64,000 nt of DNA from assembly GCA_043802665.1 (NCBI GenBank), contig JAZDKW010000010.1, positions 4,024 to 68,023 of the forward strand, given 5' to 3'. The translations under genes and the position numbers were made by a program. The stretch's first letter is position 1, and every line of letters begins with the position of its first letter. Below are positions 59,557-64,000 of the stretch, in pieces. The notes beneath the pieces are model-generated. The model worked only from the letters and a program-made list of their open reading frames with translations. It was not told the origin of the DNA and did not search any database. The stretch is from Patescibacteria group bacterium (GTDB taxonomy: Bacteria; Patescibacteriota; Kazan-3B-28; UBA10110).

Positions 59557-62364
59557 ATGCGCAAACAAAAACTACTCTTTTGGGCCACCTCTGCCTTATC
59601 TCTAATAAGTGTGTTTTTGGTAGTACAACCAGCAGGAGCCGCTGTCCCCGAGTGGGTAAAAACCTTCTTTGGCGGATTGGGTGGTATTGTAGGAGGGGCT
59701 CTTAGTCTTATTGCCCTAATGGTATTACAAATTATTGGATTACTAATAGCTCTGCTGCGGCTTCTCGTAGGTCCACTTCTACAAAATTTAACAGAGATAG
59801 GTATCAAGCAATCGGACTTCCTTGTCAACAGCGATACGGCCAGTCAACTTTGGAGTATCGCCATCACTGTCGCTAATGGTTTATTCTTGTTAGGACTGCT
59901 CATTGCCGCTATTGCTATTATGATCCGGATCAGCACAAGCTATAACCTCAAAAAAACTTTAGGAGCTTTTATAACAGCAGTGATCTTATCCAATTTAAGT
60001 TTGATAATTGTTAAAGCTTCGCTAACTTTAGGAAACAGATTAGAAGATGCTGTTTACATTATCGGCGGACAATTAGGAGCTATTTCTGGGGCAGAGGCCA
60101 TTAATAGCCGCTCAATACTTGTAGACTATCTCAACGGATTAATCGATATGAACCTTAATATTGAGATGTTTAAGGGGGGGGTGCATATTGATCTAAATAA
60201 TTTAGGTTCGCAATTGGGGCACACTCTGATGCAGTTCGCTATATTTGGACTTATTATTTGGATCATAGTTAAACTAATATTGATATTAATTGAGAGAATT
60301 ATCAGATTGTTTGTATTAGCCGTAACAGCACCCATAGTCTTCGCTACTAGCATTTTACCCACCTTCCAAGGATCCACTAAACAATGGTGGGAGAGTTTAA
60401 TCAAATGGATCTTAGTCCTGCCCCTAACAGTGGCTACGATTCTTGTCGCTATGTTCTTCTTCCAACAAGCTGGGATCAAAAGCGTGGATAATATCAAAGA
60501 TATAAGCGACAAGCTACCAGTCGAAACGAGTTATTCTCCTACTAATCCAGGCGATCAGTTAGCTATTGGCGCTACTATTGCCTATCCTGACCAAATCCAC
60601 GTCGCTGCCGAGGATACTACTCCCGACGATGGGTCAACCATTCCAATAGACCTAAAGAATCTCTTACTGGTGGCAGTGGGGTTTTGGGCTCTATGGATGG
60701 CTGGGATGGTGGGCCGCTCGCTCAACATCGGCAGTGTCTTGGGCGGAATCGTCGAAACCCCCCAAAAAGCATGGAAAGGTTTATCTGATACTGCCACTGG
60801 TAAAAACCTACTAGGTAAAACAGGCCATAGTATAGCCAAAGCTGGATATCGAGGATTCACTAATACCCCAAGAGGACAACAGTTCGAAGGATGGAGACAA
60901 TCTCGAAAAGGAATAACTGGTTTCATATTTAATAGGGCTAATGAAGCAGCTCGCACCAAAGCCGACCGCGAGAGATTCACCCAGGAACAAATACAGAATC
61001 AAGTTGGCAAAAGATATACTAATGCAAACAATGTATTAAATACTGCGACTACAGCCGCTGCTGTTACAATACCTGCATTCGCCGGAAAAACTTGGAACGA
61101 TTTGAATGACAGCGAAAAAGAACAGGTTAGAAATGCAAACCGTTCTAATAAGAAATTTACAGCCGCTGAAAAAACCTACAACAACGACCCGAGATGGATT
61201 ACTTGGGCTGCCAATAAACAAGCTAAGGATATGGATGTCAACCAAATGGAAGGCACTGACGAGATAATTCGCAAAATAGAGAAACATGATAGTGCGGGCG
61301 AAGCCGGGCAAGCCAACCTATTGCTAGCCCAGTTAAAGAAAAAATTGACCTCTGCTGGGGTCAGCGCGGCAGAAAAAGATGAAATCCGCGATTGGATATC
61401 CGATAAAGGCGGCTACGAGCTCAGTAAAAGAACTGGCTACACGTTGCCAACAAAACAGCAAGCCAAACAGCCTGAACCAACTGACTCTGATTCCTATGTT
61501 GACTTATTAAGATTGAGACGGCAACAAACCCATAACCAGACTGATCTCACAAACCAAGCCACAGCTGGAGGTAATAATTTAGACCCGCTTGACCAAGCCA
61601 AGCTAACCACAGGCACTCATGGAAAAGATGTTATCGATCCAAAGATATTATCTGATCTAAACAGGGATCTATCTACCGTTGCGACTGCCGACCTGCGCAA
61701 TTTGACCACAAACACAGCAGACATGACTAATCTAAAAAATGCTGTCGCTCGTGGCGACACCAAAGGGGCTGACACTATTCTGACCCGTCATAACATAACA
61801 GATCCCTCTGCCAAGAAGGCAATCATCGATAGGGCTAAGACTATGACAACGGCTGATTTGGAGCTCCAATTAAAATTAGTGGCTAGTGCTAAACAAGCCA
61901 CCCCTCCTGGTGGAAACGTTGGTCAAAATCTTAATCAGTTGGTTGACACTATCAAAAAATTACAGGCCACCAGAGAAACTATTAAACAAATCGAGAACAA
62001 CCAAGTCAATGTCAGAAACAGCTCTCAAGCCTCATATGACAATACGATTAATAATGAGATTACCAAACCAGGTGGTGCCACTATATATAATTCTGCAGGT
62101 ACTGCGCAGACCACCAACAACCGCATTGCGGTTGACGCGGCTATGGATATATGGAAAGGTCAATTAGAAACCTTTATGACTAATAATCCTACTCTTAAAA
62201 AAGATAGCACCTTAGCCAACATCCAATCAGCAGCCCAGGGCGCTGGCATAGACGTTACCCAACTGGTTAATACTTTGAAGAACTTGGGCGTGGGCACAGA
62301 CATCCAGGGAGGTAATATATCCATAGATGAGGTCCTGAAACGGCTGGATATTATCCATCATTAA
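59557..62364 (+). CDS. polytopic membrane protein, VirB6/TrbL-like, with long C-terminal tail
   Basis: Multiple TM segments with R...L.VL...AP..F....LP......WW pattern; upstream of prgI/virB4-like genes. Confidence 0.7.
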   Translation: MRKQKLLFWATSALSLISVFLVVQPAGAAVPEWVKTFFGGLGGIVGGALSLIALMVLQIIGLLIALLRLLVGPLLQNLTEIGIKQSDFLVNSDTASQLWSIAITVANGLFLLGLLIAAIAIMIRISTSYNLKKTLGAFITAVILSNLSLIIVKASLTLGNRLEDAVYIIGGQLGAISGAEAINSRSILVDYLNGLIDMNLNIEMFKGGVHIDLNNLGSQLGHTLMQFAIFGLIIWIIVKLILILIERIIRLFVLAVTAPIVFATSILPTFQGSTKQWWESLIKWILVLPLTVATILVAMFFFQQAGIKSVDNIKDISDKLPVETSYSPTNPGDQLAIGATIAYPDQIHVAAEDTTPDDGSTIPIDLKNLLLVAVGFWALWMAGMVGRSLNIGSVLGGIVETPQKAWKGLSDTATGKNLLGKTGHSIAKAGYRGFTNTPRGQQFEGWRQSRKGITGFIFNRANEAARTKADRERFTQEQIQNQVGKRYTNANNVLNTATTAAAVTIPAFAGKTWNDLNDSEKEQVRNANRSNKKFTAAEKTYNNDPRWITWAANKQAKDMDVNQMEGTDEIIRKIEKHDSAGEAGQANLLLAQLKKKLTSAGVSAAEKDEIRDWISDKGGYELSKRTGYTLPTKQQAKQPEPTDSDSYVDLLRLRRQQTHNQTDLTNQATAGGNNLDPLDQAKLTTGTHGKDVIDPKILSDLNRDLSTVATADLRNLTTNTADMTNLKNAVARGDTKGADTILTRHNITDPSAKKAIIDRAKTMTTADLELQLKLVASAKQATPPGGNVGQNLNQLVDTIKKLQATRETIKQIENNQVNVRNSSQASYDNTINNEITKPGGATIYNSAGTAQTTNNRIAVDAAMDIWKGQLETFMTNNPTLKKDSTLANIQSAAQGAGIDVTQLVNTLKNLGVGTDIQGGNISIDEVLKRLDIIHH

Positions 62365-62389
62365 TTATCAAAGTTCATAATCTAAAAAT

Positions 62390-62938
62390 ATGGCGGAAAA
62401 GATACCTCAAAATATTGAACGGGAAGATAAGCTGGTTGGACCGCTTACTTTAAAGCAATTCCTATATCTATTAGGGGCGGCTGGTTTGATCTTCGCTACC
62501 TATCAATATTATTTAGCAGGTTATCTGTTCGCCCATGAATTTTTCATTATCAGCTTTATCGTAGGAGGGTTGGCTCTCGCCTTGGCCTTTTTAAAAATTA
62601 ATGGCCTGCCGTTTATCTCCTTTTTTGGCAACCTGATTGCTTTTATGTTCACCCGCAAAATGCGGGTCTGGGGCAAAGACAACACGATGGAGAGAACCCA
62701 TCTAACCTCTAAAAAAGATAGCGCCTTAACCCCTGCCACTCCTTCGGCTAAACCAACTTCGCGCAGTGAGTTAGAAAAATTAGCCACGATCTTAGATACT
62801 GGTGGTAAAATAAAGACAGAAAAAGGTTTCTTTGATACTCACATCATTAATACTATTCCTCAAACCAGCACCTCTACCCCCGAGATTGTGGAAGAAGATT
62901 TAGGAGTTGAGGATATTTTCGAGGATACCGATATTTAA
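62390..62938 (+). CDS. PrgI family protein
   Basis: IPQNIEREDKLVGPLTLKQF, two TM segments, KING.PF. Confidence 0.88.
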   Translation: MAEKIPQNIEREDKLVGPLTLKQFLYLLGAAGLIFATYQYYLAGYLFAHEFFIISFIVGGLALALAFLKINGLPFISFFGNLIAFMFTRKMRVWGKDNTMERTHLTSKKDSALTPATPSAKPTSRSELEKLATILDTGGKIKTEKGFFDTHIINTIPQTSTSTPEIVEEDLGVEDIFEDTDI

Positions 62939-62939
62939 A

Positions 62940-63620
62940 ATGAAATCTAAAGCCAAAAAAACCAGTACCCAAAAATATCTCCCCTTCAAGACCATCAAAG
63001 AAGGGGTCGTTACACTCCAGGATGGAAGCACGATAGCAGTATTGATGGTTAATTCCATCAACTTTAATTTAAAGTCAAACGACGAGCAAGTCGCTCTATT
63101 GGGAAACTTTAAGGGTTTTTTGAATTCGCTGGAGACGCCTATCCAGATTTTGATTCAGTCCCGCATTTTGGATTTAGACACTTACTTAAAGGACTTGGAG
63201 AGATTGGGCACCAACCAGACTAACGAACTTTTGCAAGCCCACACTAAAGAGTATATCGAATTCGTTCGAGAACTGATTAGCATGACCAACATTATGAGCA
63301 AGACCTTTTATCTGATCATCTCGGATAAAAACCTGGCGGCGGCAAATCCCAGCCTACTCGCCCAGTGGTTTGGGCGTTCTACTTCCACTTCTGGCGGACA
63401 GTCACGGGACGCCCATAGTCAACTGCTTACTGCCGCTAATTTAATCGCCGGGAATCTAACATCAATGCAACTTAACTGTGTTCTTTTAAACACTAAGGAA
63501 TTGATTGATCTGCTTTATGCGACCTATAACCCCGATTTAGCCCGCCGGCAGAAATTATTTAATGTTAATAGCGTCGATGCCAGCATTATTGCTGGTTTGG
63601 CCAAAGAAAACCGAGGTTAA
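62940..63620 (+). CDS. TraC/VirB4 N-terminal-like T4SS accessory protein
   Basis: STQKYL....IKEG, SINF.LKS.DEQ, FLNSL..PIQI. Confidence 0.75.
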   Translation: MKSKAKKTSTQKYLPFKTIKEGVVTLQDGSTIAVLMVNSINFNLKSNDEQVALLGNFKGFLNSLETPIQILIQSRILDLDTYLKDLERLGTNQTNELLQAHTKEYIEFVRELISMTNIMSKTFYLIISDKNLAAANPSLLAQWFGRSTSTSGGQSRDAHSQLLTAANLIAGNLTSMQLNCVLLNTKELIDLLYATYNPDLARRQKLFNVNSVDASIIAGLAKENRG

Positions 63621-63622
63621 CT

Positions 63623-64000
63623 ATGGCACTATTCCGCCGCAAAAAAAGAGCCACTCAAAGCGCCGATGCAATGGCCCAACAGGCTTTTGAACAAGGCTTA
63701 CTCTCGGTTCGGGATATTATTGCCCCGGCGGCAATGGTTATTCATTCCAACTACTTGGAATTAAACAGTTATTATGCCCGAACCCTGTTTGTTCTCACTT
63801 ATCCCCAATATATTGAAGCTAACTGGCTGTCCCCTATCATCAATTTTGATGCTGGCTTTGATATCTCCATGCATATCTATCCAATAGAAAGCGCTAACAT
63901 CGCCAGGATGTTGAGACGAAAAGTAGCCGAGATGGAGTCCAGTTTGCGCATTAACCAAGAAAAAGGGGCAATCTCGGACCCGGAATTAGAGATCGCTTAT
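63623..64000 (+). CDS. VirB4-like ATPase, 5' partial
   Basis: Hand translation MALFRRK...DIIAPAAM...YARTLFV..YP.....NWLSPIIN...DISMHIYP...DPELE; open to the window end. Confidence 0.75.
   Translation, partial: MALFRRKKRATQSADAMAQQAFEQGLLSVRDIIAPAAMVIHSNYLELNSYYARTLFVLTYPQYIEANWLSPIINFDAGFDISMHIYPIESANIARMLRRKVAEMESSLRINQEKGAISDPELEIAY

Overview
This window looks like the chromosome of a Patescibacteria (CPR) bacterium; that is inferred from gene content and style, not from a marker search. The core genes are rpoD, dnaG, rpsF-ssb-rpsR-efp, ychF, clpC, nusA, rnhB, rplS, dnaE, leuS, trpS and comF, plus pilin-like and VirB4/PrgI/VirB6-like genes. There are five intact tRNAs: Ser-GGA, Ala-GGC, Arg-ACG, Ser-TGA and Ser-GCT. 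Four things stand out. (1) A ~3 kb large-serine-recombinase element sits at the tRNA-Ser(GGA) 3' end. Its attP lies inside the recombinase gene, and it carries a near-perfect 195-bp inverted internal copy of that attP plus several short antisense copies of its own gene. (2) One architecture recurs: a stranded 5' gene fragment, then an endonuclease or its relic, then a complete gene. It is seen at tRNA-Ser(GGA) with LAGLIDADG, tRNA-Ser(GCT) with GIY-YIG, ychF with a synonymously recoded start, and possibly tRNA-Asn with an HNH-like ORF. (3) There is a radical SAM/SPASM gene next to a Cys/Asp-rich precursor peptide (candidate RiPP). (4) Several families of miniature palindromic, MITE-like elements occur, some nested in one another. 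All calls come from reading the sequence and ORF track by eye; no database searches were run.
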